DNA of 64,000 bases, from assembly GCA_964016885.1 (NCBI GenBank), contig OZ024742.1, forward strand, positions 354,888,001 through 354,952,000. Reading direction: 5' to 3'. The number at the start of each line of letters is the position of its first letter. Within the stretch, counting starts at the first letter, position 1. Origin of the DNA: Eledone cirrhosa. Taxonomy: Eukaryota. Positions 1-15,939 of the stretch are shown one piece after another. The notes below the pieces were generated by a model. The model did no database searches and was not told where the DNA came from. It worked only from the letters and a program-made list of their open reading frames with translations. The position numbers and the translations under genes are program-made.

Positions 1-685
1 TGTTTAAGATGTGGTCTTTGGCGTAGGGTATTTCCAGGGCCTCAGCGGCGTAGAGGTCACTTGTTCTTTTATTTCCGTTATACGATCTAGCCTTAGCTAG
101 GATCTCCCAGTGCAACTTATCTTTTGTGTGGTTGTCTTTTAGACTCCAGCTATTAGCTGAAAGTGACATCATATTCCTTCTTAAAGGGTTAAGAAAAGAA
201 CGGGTATGCATGTAAAGACACTGCTTGATTTTATTGCCGGTTAACCCTATGTAGGCCCTACAGGACGTGAGTGTTTCAACCTTACATTTGTAGACAATGT
301 TACTAGAGAAGCATTTCCCGGATAGGGGGCAGTCAACACGATTCCTGCAATTACAGTTAGTACTACTTACAGGGTTGCCCGTTTTCCTACGACTAGGTAA
401 TTTAGGTAATTTTGAAGCTGTGATGTTATGTGCAAGGTTAAGAGTCGTAGTGTAAGATATTTTAATGGTATTCCTATTAAAAAGTGTACTATATTTATGT
501 GGTTGGGGGAAATGCTTCATAATAAGGGAGAGAAAGATCTTAGCTAATGGTGGGTTATCCCATGTAATACATCGGGATCTATTTTTCCTAGGTCTATTCT
601 CGTACTCTGTATATGCTACCTTAATGACAAATCCACTCCGAGCAAGTGCTTCATTGTAATATGTGGAATGGTCGTTGAAAAAATA
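1..685 (-). mobile_element. Naiad-type Penelope-like element fragment (RT thumb, Cys linker, GIY-YIG), 5'-truncated and running off the window start
   Basis: Manual minus-strand translation gives FNDHSTYYNEALARSGF...KHFPQPHKYSTLFNRNTIKISYT...NCNCRNRVDCPLSGKC..NIVYKCKVET..RAYIGLTGN, homologous to the 45356-46905 ORF. Absent from the ORF track. Confidence 0.9.
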
Positions 686-770
686 TTCGGTCTATGTTTC
701 TTATATATTTGATATACAATTATCCTTATCGAGCCCTCATTGAATTTTCGTTTTCAAATGTTATTATTAC
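686..770 (+). repeat. Short dispersed repeat ending at (TA)n, probably an inverted pLTR terminus; reverse-complement copy at 8147-8230
   Basis: 686-770 is the diverged reverse complement of 8147-8230 (gagggctcgataa..tatatcaaatatataagaa); both abut TA runs. Confidence 0.6.
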
Positions 771-1043
771 TATATATATATATATTTGGGTCCCAAAACA
801 CATATATTTCCGTGACTTTGTTTAATCGGTGTATGTGTAAATATTTAAATTTAATAATCTCCCTTAAGATTGAGATACAATTTGGGCGATATTGGGCTGC
901 GCTTTCTAGCAACCAACCCACTCGCCGTAAGCAATCAATCACACTCTTTCTGACTTGACCACTGCCACGTCACAGATCTCAGCCATTTTGAATTCGTGTT
1001 TGGCGGGGGCCACTTCAGAAAATAATTTGTCCTAGCGAGTTTG

Positions 1044-1120
1044 TCACCTGAAGAGCTCTAAACTTGAGATTTATCATTAATAGGATATCTCAAAATGAGA
1101 GCGAAACCCATGAGTCGGGA
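1044..1120 (+). ncRNA. Type I hammerhead ribozyme motif with extended stem II
   Basis: CTGAAGA (1048-1054), GCTCT..TTGAGAT...ATCTCAA..AGAGC stem II, GAAAC (1103-1107), near-palindromic stem III ACCCATGAGT, GTC site at 1114-1116. Confidence 0.7.
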
Positions 1121-1466
1121 TTTAGTGATTTAATCCTGGTATGTATATACGCATTTCTAACTTTAATTGTATACCTAATTGTGTATGGTCGACCGTATAT
1201 TTAATTAATTTCCACGTGCTCTTGAAATGTTAGGTAAATATTCTATACGCTGTCGTTTATTTATTTACTGTTTCTTCGTAGGTGCCTTTTAATCTTAAAG
1301 CCTGGTCTAATTGATTTTGTGTGTGGTTAATTATGCTAATTGGGAGAAGAAATGATGTATATATATTATTAAATAATTCTCTGGACATGCTTTACTTTAT
1401 AGTATTTCGCTCTGATTATTTAATTCATTAATTCTTCATTGAGCCACATCGTGAATGGGTGCCAAA

Positions 1467-1668
<202 letters not shown>

Positions 1669-2130
1669 TAATGTGTGTATAGTGTATTTGGCAATATACT
1701 GTATGTTTCATTAAGCACATTTAAAAAGCCATTCACTATGAGTTTTAAAGTAGTAACTATGTCATACTTATTCTCTGCAAAAAACAACAGAGAGTGGGCG
1801 AAAGACAGTCTGTTTTTCGCTTGTGAACGTTTAACAAGACCACACACTCAGTTGCCTTTGTTGAGAATTATCGAGGCTGGCTTCTGATATATACTATAAT
1901 ATATATACATTAATGTATACATCCCTATTTCAGAGAACCAATACTTATATATATATATGAATGTATATATAGTATGTTTGGCAATTTACCGTATGTTTAA
2001 TTAAAAACATTTAGAATACCATACGATATCTGTTTTAAAGTAATAATTATGTCAATAATTTCATTCCGGCGAAAGAATGAGAGAGGCTGATAGTGTGTTT
2101 CACGCTGGTTGGCGTTCATCAGAGCCACTA
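1669..2130 (+). repeat. Diverged direct duplication (~1669-1845 vs ~1960-2130)
   Basis: Both units begin aatgt.t.tatag..t.tttggcaat.tac.gtatgttt.attaa..acattta and continue ..ttttaaagta.taa.tatgtca. Confidence 0.7.
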
Positions 2131-2146
2131 TTCCTCTCTCTCTCTC

Positions 2147-4014
<1,868 letters not shown>

Positions 4015-4309
4015 TTCTTAAGAAGAGGTTTCAACTTACTTGAAACTGCGAGTCTCAAATGTAGAAATAATGCAATAACTGCCTATCATTGTATATAACA
4101 ATTGAGAAAATTATGTAAAATTACATTAAAGAAATAAATAGCCTCTGTCAACGTTTTCGTCTCGTAAAGTAATTTATCTAATTTCGTTAACTATTATCTC
4201 TTGTCTCTATTATATCTCTATGTTTGGGAGACTCACAGCTTCACATTTCAAACAATCGCATCCCTTTCATTACTATGTTGTTTCTTGTTCGCCTACTTTT
4301 TTCTGAGAG

Positions 4310-4890
4310 GTTCAAAGGTGCAGAGTCTTGAAACAATAATTGCAGCGGTTCCCGTCTGAAACAACCGTCACCTATTGATTCGGCTGGATCACCAAGCTAG
4401 AGTAGATGAGCCCCTGGATGTTATCCAACCATCTTGCTTTGTGTCTACTCTTGGGTCTACTGCCAGTTTGTTTTAGAGACATTCTATCGAAATTCCCATT
4501 GTAACAGTTTTATGACCTCTTAATTTGAATAAGTAGCGGCTCTGCCTGGAGAAACTTTCTGATCCCCAATCTATGCATTATTGAGTAAGGTTACTCCAAA
4601 GACGATTCAGTCACTTGCAATCGGGATCGCATTCTTTTAGTCCTTACTCAAGATTCATTACCATAGGTAAGGGTAAGCAGGATTACCGAATTGAAGATAG
4701 AGGGTTTGGCATTTACACCTCTCTCCCTGCTTTTGATTACCGAATACTGAAGTTTGTGCATTACTGCACCCAACTCCTGCAATACTTGCACTTAATTCAG
4801 CCACATGCCTTCCATCACACGTGAACACGACCACGAGATACTTAAACCAATCCACCTGCTTCAGTGAAACTCCATTTAACTGAGTGAGCA
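4310..4890 (-). mobile_element. Degenerate RTE-like LINE 3' fragment
   Basis: LNGVSLKQVDWFKYLVVVFTCDGR (4658-4891 ORF) and C-terminal GSRPKSRHKARWLDNI, matching the RTE GxRxRGRPxxRWxD tail. Confidence 0.7.
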
Positions 4891-6199
4891 CTGTAAGCGA
4901 TTGCCTTTACAGTTATCTTCGACATTTGGGAGCCTCAAATGTTCATATTTTGAACGCAAGCAGTGCTTTGATATCTCCTATTTTAAAATGATAATGGGAT
5001 GTTTGACATTCATGTTTCCCCACCGATATTAGTTATGTAGGAGTGACGGAATCTGATTGCTTTAATAATCGATTAGCTGACTCAGTAATAGATTATCTCT
5101 TATTCTTCACTTCTTGTCATATGTGTTTGACATATTGAATCTGATTTAACAAAGAACGTTGCTGCTGTAAAGCTGTAAATATTGTCATCGTGTGGTTAGT
5201 TAATAGTTATTAAGACGGTCATTGTCATAGCAGATGAGACCTGAAGCACGTCCACCTGCCGTCATACCAGATTCGATCGTCTTGCTCATGGCATCTGGCT
5301 CAGCTCTCGCTTGATGTTGCGAGAGAAGGGCTTTTATTAAACAGATATTCTAAACACATGTCCTTAATACCAGTGCTGTGATATATCGATGATAAGATGG
5401 CAGCACTATCTGGGGCGAATGTCTCCTATGCTGAGAATTGATTTATTATTATAGAGCTTCCAATCTTTAAGAGAAAGAACTTGATGTGGGGCGAATGACA
5501 GACTGTAAAATGGCGCACTTCAACAAAACATTCGATAAAAGATGAAAATGAGTTAATCAATAAATTCAATCATAATCGGATGCTTAATCGTTGTATCAAA
5601 TCTGAAACTAGCTGCATACAGGTCTTGCTAATACAACAACTATTGATAATCTAGTTGCTGTTTTATAGAAAAATACAAATAAAATAATTTACTGAATTAT
5701 TTCCTTGAAAATCTTGTTCTAAATGAGGTCATCCCACATAGTTAATTAATATGTCGTTTATATCTATGAATTATATAATATATGTAAATACAACGATAGA
5801 TATGAATGAAAGATAACATTAATTATGTTAAGATATTTGATTATTTTAAATTGAATCGAGAAAAGTTTTATGGGCTTATTTGAGTCTAAGGCTTAACATT
5901 TACAGCAGCGATTTTATTCGTGGCATTTAGATAAATAATGAATACTGTTTAAATAGACGTGGTCTTCACATACCATAACTAGTGAGAGGAGGTGAAGTGA
6001 CATGACCTAGTACAAGATTGAGCCTGCAAATAATTTTAAAATTCCTAAAATTGAGTATGTTTATACTTTGAGATCGTTACGGTGTTCTCATGTTTTGTAG
6101 GAATCTCACATCTACATATAGTAATACTTGTGTGGGTGTATACAATCACATTCCCACAACTTGCTCAGCCATCGTTGGGGTGGAATTCTAGATGTGCAA

Positions 6200-6905
6200 C
6201 AGGTGTAGCCAGTCTTTGGGTCGCTACTCTAGACGCTTACGTAGTCAGCCATAGCAACTGGTCTCTATTCTTCATCAGACGTAGACGGGTCTCGGCGCTA
6301 TGCCGTGTCGTGTCTTTGATGTTGTCGGATCAGGATTTATCTGTTTCTTCTTCACCCTCCTTCGGCCGTGCCTTGAAGGATGGTTTAGACATTGAGTTGT
6401 GGTGGTCTCCATGACCATACCTGGGAAGCTTCATTTTTCACCATTGCAAGGAGTGGTTACTATCTGTCAACATATTTGTTAACTTGCTGTCGCACAAATC
6501 TGTTTGTTTTGTGTTCCCTATACGAGAAGTGTAGCAGCCTTCTGAACAACTGTAAGAGTCCAACACTCACACCCGTACAAAATGATCGAAGTCACAAATG
6601 ACGAGTGGGATTTATTTTTCGATGCTTTAAAATATGATATTCAGCTTTACTATAGCAGAAGGCCAGATCGAGTTTTATCGGTGACTCCTTTTGCAATCTG
6701 CTGTCTTTGGTCAGATTAGATCCAAGGTATTTGAAAGTATCCATTTATTCGAGTCACTCCGCCCAGCATGATGTTGGCTGCTGTATTCTTATTGTGACAA
6801 TTAACTAGAACATTTCTATATTCTCTGCTGATCTCCATTCCATATGCTTTTGTTACTTTTCCGGTCTGGTAGTGAACTCCAGGAGTTATGCTTCACTGAT
6901 GTTTA
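6200..6905 (-). mobile_element. Degenerate RTE-like LINE fragment (RT C-terminal region)
   Basis: MDTFKYLGSNLTKD at ~6700-6745 on the minus strand, followed by frameshifted RTE-like C-terminal sequence. Confidence 0.6.
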
Positions 6906-7548
6906 ACAGGAAATGTATTAATGTTCTGTGTTCTATTGTTTGTGTTTCTGTTTAATACATGCGCTAGGTTTTAGGTTTTAGTACAATTCCAATAATTATT
7001 ACCGTTTTCTCTCATTCCTGCTAGCGTTTCGCTGCTTTTAAAATATTGTATGTATAGTTTTACATTCTAGCTAATATGAAGGCAAGACAACTCCCCAATC
7101 GATTTTCTAGAAATTTCTATTAGATTATGAAATAAATGATCTACAACTGTGTACACGAATTATTACAAATATGCCACAAAAGAACCAATAATAAAAATAA
7201 TAAAAAATTTCAATTGAAATTACAAACAAAAAGAAAAAAATTAAATGAAGTAGATCTTTGTGAAAGCAAATTGCGGAAATTTGATTAATCTTTGACTATC
7301 AGAGAGAACAATGGAATACAATTCTAATAAGTTGAAAATTAAGTTATATTGTTTCAAATCTAAGGCAACGATCGTTTCAAATAGAAAATTTGCCCTGAGT
7401 AACATTTCGGCAATTTATGTAGTTTATAGAAAAATTACCGAAAGAATAAATTTTATATATTTTTATTCAACAGATATGAAATTAAGATAGGATATGATGG
7501 AATGAGTGTTAAAGGAATTGCACATATACATATAATCAAACAAACTGA

Positions 7549-7593
7549 CACACACACCCATACATATACACAAAACACACACACACGCACGCA

Positions 7594-7692
<99 letters not shown>
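7549..7692. repeat. (CA)n(TA)n microsatellite
   Basis: Direct reading. Confidence 0.97.
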
Positions 7693-7839
7693 TCAGAATA
7701 ATAATAAATGAAGACACACATGATCATTTAATATTGTTCTGAACAATAATAACTCCAGAAAACTTTCCTGTAGAGCACTTTTAATCTATTGTAAATCTAT
7801 ATTCATTGAGTAATTAATGAATCATATTAATATTTGGTC

Positions 7840-7900
<61 letters not shown>

Positions 7901-7901
<1 letters not shown>

Positions 7902-8034
7902 GTGGTTACACAACAGTTAGTTCACCATACCGAGAACAATTGTTTCACCTTCGCGGATCTTCAGGTCGGGATGAAGATCCGCGAAGGTGAAACAATTGTT
8001 CTCGGTATGGTGAACTAACTGTTGTGCAACCACT
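7901..8034. repeat. Fold-back inverted repeat (63-nt arms, 8-nt loop) carrying a hammerhead core, inserted in (TA)n
   Basis: 7901-7963 is the reverse complement of 7972-8034 (one mismatch). The minus arm reads CTGAAGATCCGCGAAGGTGAAACAATTGTT with palindromic stem III. Confidence 0.85.
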
Positions 8035-8109
8035 GCTACCTAACTCGTCCATTGGACTGAGTGCTCTACCACTACGGATATTACCTTCCAGTGTTCCACC
8101 ACTATATCT

Positions 8110-8149
<40 letters not shown>

Positions 8150-8633
8150 ATAATAATAAATGTGAAGACTAAAATCCAAAGAGGGCTCGATAAATATATA
8201 TCAAATATATAAGAACCGTAGAGCAAATATATACATATATATATATATATATATATTGTTATACATGGGGAGGGTCATATTGTTGTAATAATATTCCCAG
8301 TAATAATAATAGAACACACTCACTGGCTGGTTGGTTTTCACTTCTGAATCTTTTTATATCTCCACATTTTATTAATTTGGTCCTCAATGTTTACCATTGA
8401 GTGGCCAACGGTCAACAAATACAGATATAATATAGATATGAACACATATATATAGTCTAACAAAGTTCATTCGTTGCACATCTGCAACATCATCAGTGGT
8501 AATATTATGTTGCTCCTGTTTTATTGTCAATCTTCGCCATTTTTATTTTGTCTATTTATTTATTAATTTATTTATGTTTGTCTTCTTCAGTCCGACTCTC
8601 TACAGATACTACCAATTCCCCGCCGTAACAAAT

Positions 8634-8822
8634 AATTGTTTCTACTTTTGGCACAAGGCCAGCAATCAATTAACCAGTACATTACCGGTACTTTATTTTA
8701 TCGACTCCGTAAGGATGAAAGGCAAAGTGAACCGCGGCAGGATTTGAACTCAGACCGTAAAGGGACGTAACTATGCTGGAAAGTATGGCGTCCGACTCTC
8801 TACCGATACTGCCAATCCACCG
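8634..8822 (-). mobile_element. tRNA-derived SINE with Meta/MESC-like core
   Basis: A-box TGGCAGTATCGG, B-box GAGTTCAAATCC, core ctttgcctttcatccttacggagtcgataaaataaagtacc; further copies at 11280, 56480 and 63898. Confidence 0.85.
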
Positions 8823-9397
8823 AAACAAATAATAGCGAGCATTTTGTCAGTATTGTGATGTCAATCCACTTCCCTTCTATAGTTTGATAGGACATAGCAG
8901 GGCCATAATCTGAATATTAAACAGAATATGAATACGGATGCATTAGAACGATAAAAATAACATGATTGAAGAAAATAAGCAATGTCTAAAATTAATTTCC
9001 TTTAAATTAATTTAGAGATTGATAGACATGACTCATGTTTGTTTTCTGGTGATCCAAGGCGGACTGAAGGGTACAAGGAAGGAATCTTCAAACCAGAAGC
9101 TGGGTCCAAATACTTGCCTCAGATTATACTTTGTTAAAAACAACCAAAGATAACCGATTAATTATTTTAACTAAATAGGTGAGAGTGTGATTTGAACCCA
9201 GACTACAAAGGAGCGATAACAAACAAGGAAAGACATCTTGTGAGCCACATTAAGACTACAACCAATGGGTCTCGCCAGACAAGTTATCTTCTCTAATAAC
9301 ATTGTCAAGATGTTAGATGCCAATATTTTACACATCAAATATTACCGGAGGGAAGGAAAGAAAATGCTAGAAAGAAAAAGGAAAGAAGAGAGAAATG

Positions 9398-9710
<313 letters not shown>

Positions 9711-10138
9711 GTAGATAAATCTACCAAGAGTTTACGGTAGTGTCCAATCCGTATGAAGAACTCAATGTAATCCGGATATCATGGAAAGAAGAGATGCAAT
9801 GAAAAATCACTTTCGGTGAAAGATAAACGGAATGCAGAGTCAAGATAAAATATAAAAAAAAAATACAGAGTCAAGATAAAATATTAAAAAAATAATAAAA
9901 AATAAAAAAAATATTTCTGAAGACGGCATATATATGTGTTGGTATGTATATTTAATTTTGATAGTTTGTATAATTTTGTATAATTTTGTACATAGATCTG
10001 TTGAATATGCATGCCAATTCTAACACATATATATCCTAGAGACGATCGTTAAATAATGAACTTTTTTTGTTTAATATAAGGAACTCTTTCATTGTTTTAT
10101 TCATTATTTTTTTAATATCTTATTTTTTTTATATTTTA
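9711..10138. mobile_element. Solo Naiad pLTR terminus with inverted second segment
   Basis: 9711-9870 matches 41224-41370 directly; 9915-10120 is the reverse complement of 41360-41565 and includes CTGAAGA...GAGACGATCGTT. Microsatellites flank both sides. Confidence 0.85.
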
Positions 10139-10226
<88 letters not shown>

Positions 10227-11279
10227 GAGAGAGAGAGAGAGTGAGCGAGAGAAAGAGAAAGAGAGAGAGGGAGGGTTACATAGATAGATAGATAAAGAGA
10301 TATATTGTTAAAAGTATAGATATATATAAAAGCAGGTTTGTTTCAGTATACTTTGTAGCAGTTGTGATTTTCCTTTCAAATCTTTATGAATTGCGATACA
10401 AAATGTAAGAGTGAATCAGAAATAAGTTCTTTCTTACATCTACATATAATAAATTCACCCAAGTAAAACGGGAAATAAAACGTAAATACAACAATTCAGC
10501 CATTATAACTACTATTTTACGCGCCATGAATTAGGCAGTATATCGGATTTTTATTGAATTTTGAGATATGAGCAAAGCTTCTTTTCCTTTTAACCAAAAA
10601 CGTAGGCCTTTATATTGAAAGGAGGTTGTCTCTTTTATTCTCACCTCGCATATAGAAATCTTTCTCCTATTCTCTTCTCTGTACAATTGCATCTGTGCCA
10701 AATATAGTTTTAATCCTACTTACTCTTTATAATCTTTCATTTTAATAGATATTTCTGACCGGAAAGGTCACTACAGTTCATCTGGAGTATCGTTTTCTTT
10801 TCTATATACAACTCTTCTATTCCGCTTTCGACAAATACAGATTTATCAAAGACATCTCCAAGGCAACAGAAATCACTGAGATTCTGATTAATTTGCCACA
10901 ATGATTCAGGAAGATATTTGGATTTGATGTAGAAGATAGAGAGCAACAACTATGGAAGATTTTATAGTATTTAGCTTGGAAACAAAAGTTTCAGATTTGA
11001 AATAATTCTCGGATCAACTTTCAGTTTTCATTCAACTCGAGGCCAATATAACGAACATGTAACAATCTTATCTTCATTTTCCTACGTATCCTGACCTTTA
11101 AAATATCAAAACAAATTATTATTATAATCATTATTATTATTGTACTTATTGTTATTACTATAATTGCAGAGTTTCGTTGGGGTTGTTGAATTAAAGTACC
11201 AGTAATTTATTGACTTCCCCTCCCCTTCAAATTGCTGTCTTTGAGCCCAACAATTAATATTATTATTATCATTGTTAGA

Positions 11280-11460
11280 GAGTCGAACAACATACTTTGC
11301 ACAATGGAATTATGGCCTTTTACTTTCTGAGTTCAACTCCCGCCAAGTTTTGCTTTGCATTTCATGATTATGGGGTCGATAAAATAAAGTACCATTAACG
11401 CAGTAGGGTTGTTTAATTGATATTCCGCTATCCCAAATTAGTGTCCTTGAGCGTATAGTA
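11280..11460 (+). mobile_element. Degenerate tRNA-derived SINE copy
   Basis: ctgagttcaactcccgcc B-box and ggggtcgataaaataaagtacc core. Confidence 0.7.
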
Positions 11461-12299
11461 AAATGTCTTTGTTATTCTTCTTGTTAATATGATTGATCGT
11501 TTCTACAGTAAAAATGATCATTTCCGATCTTCTAGTGCCTGTCGAGTCTCAACAAAGACCTTAGAGAGAAAATAAATTCATGCGTGCAGAGCAAAAAAAT
11601 GTAAGGCCATTGTAGGGGAGTAAATTGTGATTCGAGGACTACTTGATTAAGATACCACCCAGTGCTAGTGGTATCTGGCTTAAAGCATCATTAAACACTG
11701 GAATTATATTGATGTTTCTTCGGTGGTATTCGTTATATTCGTGTAATTTCAAGTAAATATATTAACAAAAGGACATATATTTTACAATTACAGCCTAGAT
11801 TTTCAGAATTCAACAGAAAAGATTCGTCTCTTTTCAGAGTTCTTTGATACCGGATTGACAGGGCGTAATACGTTCTATCTCAACATAGCCTATGGTGACT
11901 CTTAAGTAACCTGGCAGTCCAGCATTTATATTCCAAATTATAATATTCACTAAAATTGTTGTCATACAGTAGGGAATTATGAATACATCCAAAAAGAATA
12001 GATAAAAAATATAATTAAAGTATGTGTTCAAAAAGCTAACCCCATCCTTCAATACATATTATATTGTTTAAAAATCATTTGTGAACCTTGCAATGGAAAT
12101 GCATGACTGCCTGAATAATCTTAAGACACACTGTATGGTGTTCGAGGAACAACGTTTTTAAAATCTGAGTTCTGGATTCCTATGTTATCGACTATATATA
12201 CCTAAGGATGATGTTAGATTTGGTGAAATGACAGAATAAAAGTAGCTTCCTGTGACATTTATTACCGGTGTTTTTCATTCTCCGCTCAAACCTCATGAT

Positions 12300-12800
12300 T
12301 ACCAACGTTGGTGGGGCTTGACCGAGAGAGGGCAACAGGCCGGACGGTATGGCCGTCTTCTCGTTCACGGTGGAGCAAACCCCTCGTCTGGGATGCCACT
12401 TGCAGCGACACATTCTCCAGCCGCAAGCTGGTGCAGTCTGTGACTAACCCAGGTTCTGCTGTACGTCGGGCTGAGGAGGCCAAACTCTCCAAATACCGGT
12501 CGCTCTCCGAAAGGTTCGTGGACGTGCCCTTGCCAGTGGAGACTTCTAGTGTTTTGTGCCCTAGGGCTACCTCCCTGTTACCCACCATAGGCGCTGTGCT
12601 AGCCAGCCGCAGGTGTCAGCCTCGCGAGTTGGAATGGATCTTCTAGCGCATCCACCTTACCATCCTCCGGGGAAACGCCTTCTCCATCCTGTCCGCCGGG
12701 GCTGTGTGGAGGCCAGCACGTTGAACCCCATCTGCTCACCACATTGATTAATAGGCAAAGTTATACAAAGTTATAAACTATTGTAAATAAATAATTTTCA
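12300..12800 (+). mobile_element. CRE-clade-like non-LTR retrotransposon 3' fragment (restriction-like endonuclease domain)
   Basis: GNRPDGM (frameshift) KPLVWDATCSDT...AEEAKLSKY...VPLPVETS..L...RELEWIF*RIHLTILRGNAFSIL is the typical PD-(D/E)xK RLE C-terminus; AT-rich tail; local GC island. Confidence 0.75.
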
Positions 12801-13282
12801 TTCTTCCTGTGTTGATAAATGTAGCAGTAAAATAACGAGGCTGATTTAATGAACAGATTCAACTGTTTCGACGCCTCACTCAAGTAAGGTTGAATATCTC
12901 GAACGGATATTCTTAGTACGTCATGTCTAATATAAGTGGTGAGCTTGTAAACTCCAACAGTATATGTAGTACTGTGAGTGAGGTGCAGGGACTTAATACT
13001 TTCTTATCTGATTGACATGTGCCCAATGAAATTCAGAATTGTAATCAACAGACATAAAACAATTTGAAAAATATTAGTGTAAGATTAGTAGGCTTTCTAA
13101 GGAAATATTTGGAACAAGATCTTAGCATGCTTGTAAGACGAAATAGGTTTTCAAGATTGAAATACGATTATACGTAACGAAATATGTACATCTGTTTTCA
13201 CCAGATGTTAATTCCATCAAGAATATTAAATTGTAATTACCGAAAAGGCTGTTTCTACAAAAAAAAAAAAAATATATATATA

Positions 13283-15873
13283 TCACCACCTCGATCTCCA
13301 CCACCCACGTCCACTTCTTAGACATCTCCGTCGCCTTCGACCCTTCCCACCACTCCCTCGTCACCTCCGCCTTCTTCAAACCCATCGACTCCCACTCCTA
13401 CATCGACTTCACCTATTCCCACCCCACACACACTAAACACTCTATTCCCTACTCCCAACGCCTCAGGATCCGCCGCCTCTGTAGACGAGATGCTGACTTT
13501 GAGTCCCAGGCCCTTTCCCTAGTCAGCCATTTCATCCGCAGAGGTTACTCCCCCTCTCTCGTCCTAACCGCTCTCACCCGCGCCCGTGCTGTCCACCGCT
13601 CCACCACCCTCACCCCACGCCACCGCACAACAACCCACCGTCTCCCCTTCCCCATCACCTACCACCCCTCCACCTACCCCTCCACCGCACCATCCTCCGC
13701 CTCTTCCGACGCCTCCAGTCCGACCACTCCACCTCCCACATCATCCCAGCCCCACCACTCCCCTCCTTCAAACGCGCACGGAATCTCCGCACCCTCCTCG
13801 TCCACAGCTCCCTACCCCCCAACCCACGCTCTCTTCCGCCACCCCCGGTTCCTTTCCCTGTTCTAGGCCCCGCTGCAACACCTGTCCCCACATCACCAAC
13901 ACCACCACCTTCCAGGGTCCCAACGGCCACTCTCTAACTGTCCGGCATGCCTTCCGCTGCACCTCCTCCAACCAAGTCTACGGACTTCGCTGCACTCCGT
14001 GCAGCGCGACTTACGTCGGGTAGAGTAGACGTCGCCTGGCGGACAGAATTACTGAGCACCTCCGCGATATTCGTCTCGATGGTAGTTCCCCCATCGCCCG
14101 CCACTTTGGTGCCCCTGGACATTCCGCACACCATCTCACAGACTGTGGCCTACTCCAATGCCACGGAACACCTGCCACTCTCCTAAGGGTCGAACAACGA
14201 ACCATCTTCACCCTACAGACCCACACTCCCCCGGGTCTGAACTCCCCACACTTATTCCTTTAGCCTTCCATCGCCGCCCTCCCCCCACACATATCCCCCA
14301 CTAACACCACTAACACACCCCTCCTTTTCTCCGCCCACCCCACAACTAACAATACTAACACCTCCACACCACATCCGACTACCCTTCCCCAACTAACATA
14401 CTAATATCCCTCCCTTCTTTTCCTCCACCCCTTCCTTATCACACGCACACACCCACCGGTACATATATACACGCGCTCACACTAAACAAACACCCTGCTA
14501 CCACCACTAACCTTCACCCCCACATATCCACCCCACCACCCCGCAACTAACATCACAAACACCCCCTGACCCCAAGCACACGAACACTCACACCCACTTA
14601 CACCACTCACTCTACACGCAACTAACATCACTAACACCCCCAACCCTACGCACACGAACACACACACCCTCTTACACCACCCACTCTACACACCCTACCA
14701 CCACTGACCCCCACTCACACTCAACCCTTTCACCACCTCCAGTATACTAACACCCACTAACACCCCCTTCACCACACACACACTCATCCAAACACGCACA
14801 CACACACCAGTACACTACACTCCCTCCATCGGGCCCCACATCCTTCTCTCCCCGCTCCACCCACACCCTTTCTCAAACACACATACTTCCCGCTAACACC
14901 TCTACTAATACACACACACCCTCTCCTCACTCCAACTTTCACACCTACCCATCCTCTCCCCTGTCCACAGCACCTCCGCACACACTGACACACCGACTTT
15001 CTTCACTTACCATTCCACCCTACTGCTGCTATATCTCTCTGACCACCTCCCCGCACACACAGACACACAACCCTCCTCCTGCCTTGACCCTCTGACCACT
15101 TCCTGTAGCGCGCGCACCCCACATCTCCCCTTTCCGACCAATTTCTTCACGGATTACACATATGTGAACCTTGATCCCGAGAATCTACCGCATCCCAAGG
15201 ATTTTACTCAGCATTCCACCACATCCTTTTACGGAATTACCTTTAGGACTCTCCCCCGGACATACACCCAAAAACATATTTTTCCCACACGCCACCTACA
15301 TCCACAACACGCATAAACACCACACACACACATGCGTACCACCACATATTTACACATTCAGCCTCCGAAATCCTCTCCCCTTACCCCTCTATCCACACAC
15401 TCACACACATTCCGACCTACACCCCACCCACACACACCTCTTCCTGAACATGCAACCCTGTTCTTCCCCCAACCCTTGCCTTCACATACACACACACACG
15501 TACATCTACACACACACACCACGTTCAGCCCTCCCCGCTCGGACACCCCGTCTCCCTCTCCCATTCAACCCGCCACCACCCCTACACGCCCCACACTCTC
15601 CCACCACCTGTTTTACTCCATTTTAATTTTATTTTGATCATGCCTTTATTTTTAATTTCATTTGCACCGTTTCCTCTCACTCCCCCTCCCTGTTTGCTAT
15701 ATGTCTCTCCAACACTCCCATACACACCCTTGGAACTCTCTTCCCACACACTGTTCACCTGAAGAAGGGCTTATGCCCGAAACGTCGTTCCCCACCACCA
15801 CCCCACTCTCAAGAGCGTGAAACTAATAAACCTTTGTTCGTACTGCCTCTATGTTTTGTTCCCGTTCAATTTT

Positions 15874-15877
<4 letters not shown>
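13283..15877 (+). mobile_element. C-rich Neptune-type PLE, 5'-truncated; same family as 48085-54505
   Basis: VHFLDISV..LVTSAFFKP..., GSFPCSRPRCNTCPHI...VYGLRCTPCSATYVG..RRLADRITEH with stops and frameshifts; C/A-rich 3' UTR; both ends abut (TA)n. Confidence 0.93.
15755..15790 (+). ncRNA. Minimal type I hammerhead ribozyme in pLTR
   Basis: CTGAAGA-A-GGGC TTAT GCCC-GAAAC-GTC; same motif at 48176-48204 and 52956-52983 on the minus strand. Confidence 0.8.
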
Positions 15878-15924
<47 letters not shown>

Positions 15925-15939
15925 ATATATATATATATA

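Noticed and set aside
8634-8822. tRNA gene
   Set aside because: A and B boxes are present, but no cloverleaf is evident and a SINE core follows; multiple dispersed copies.
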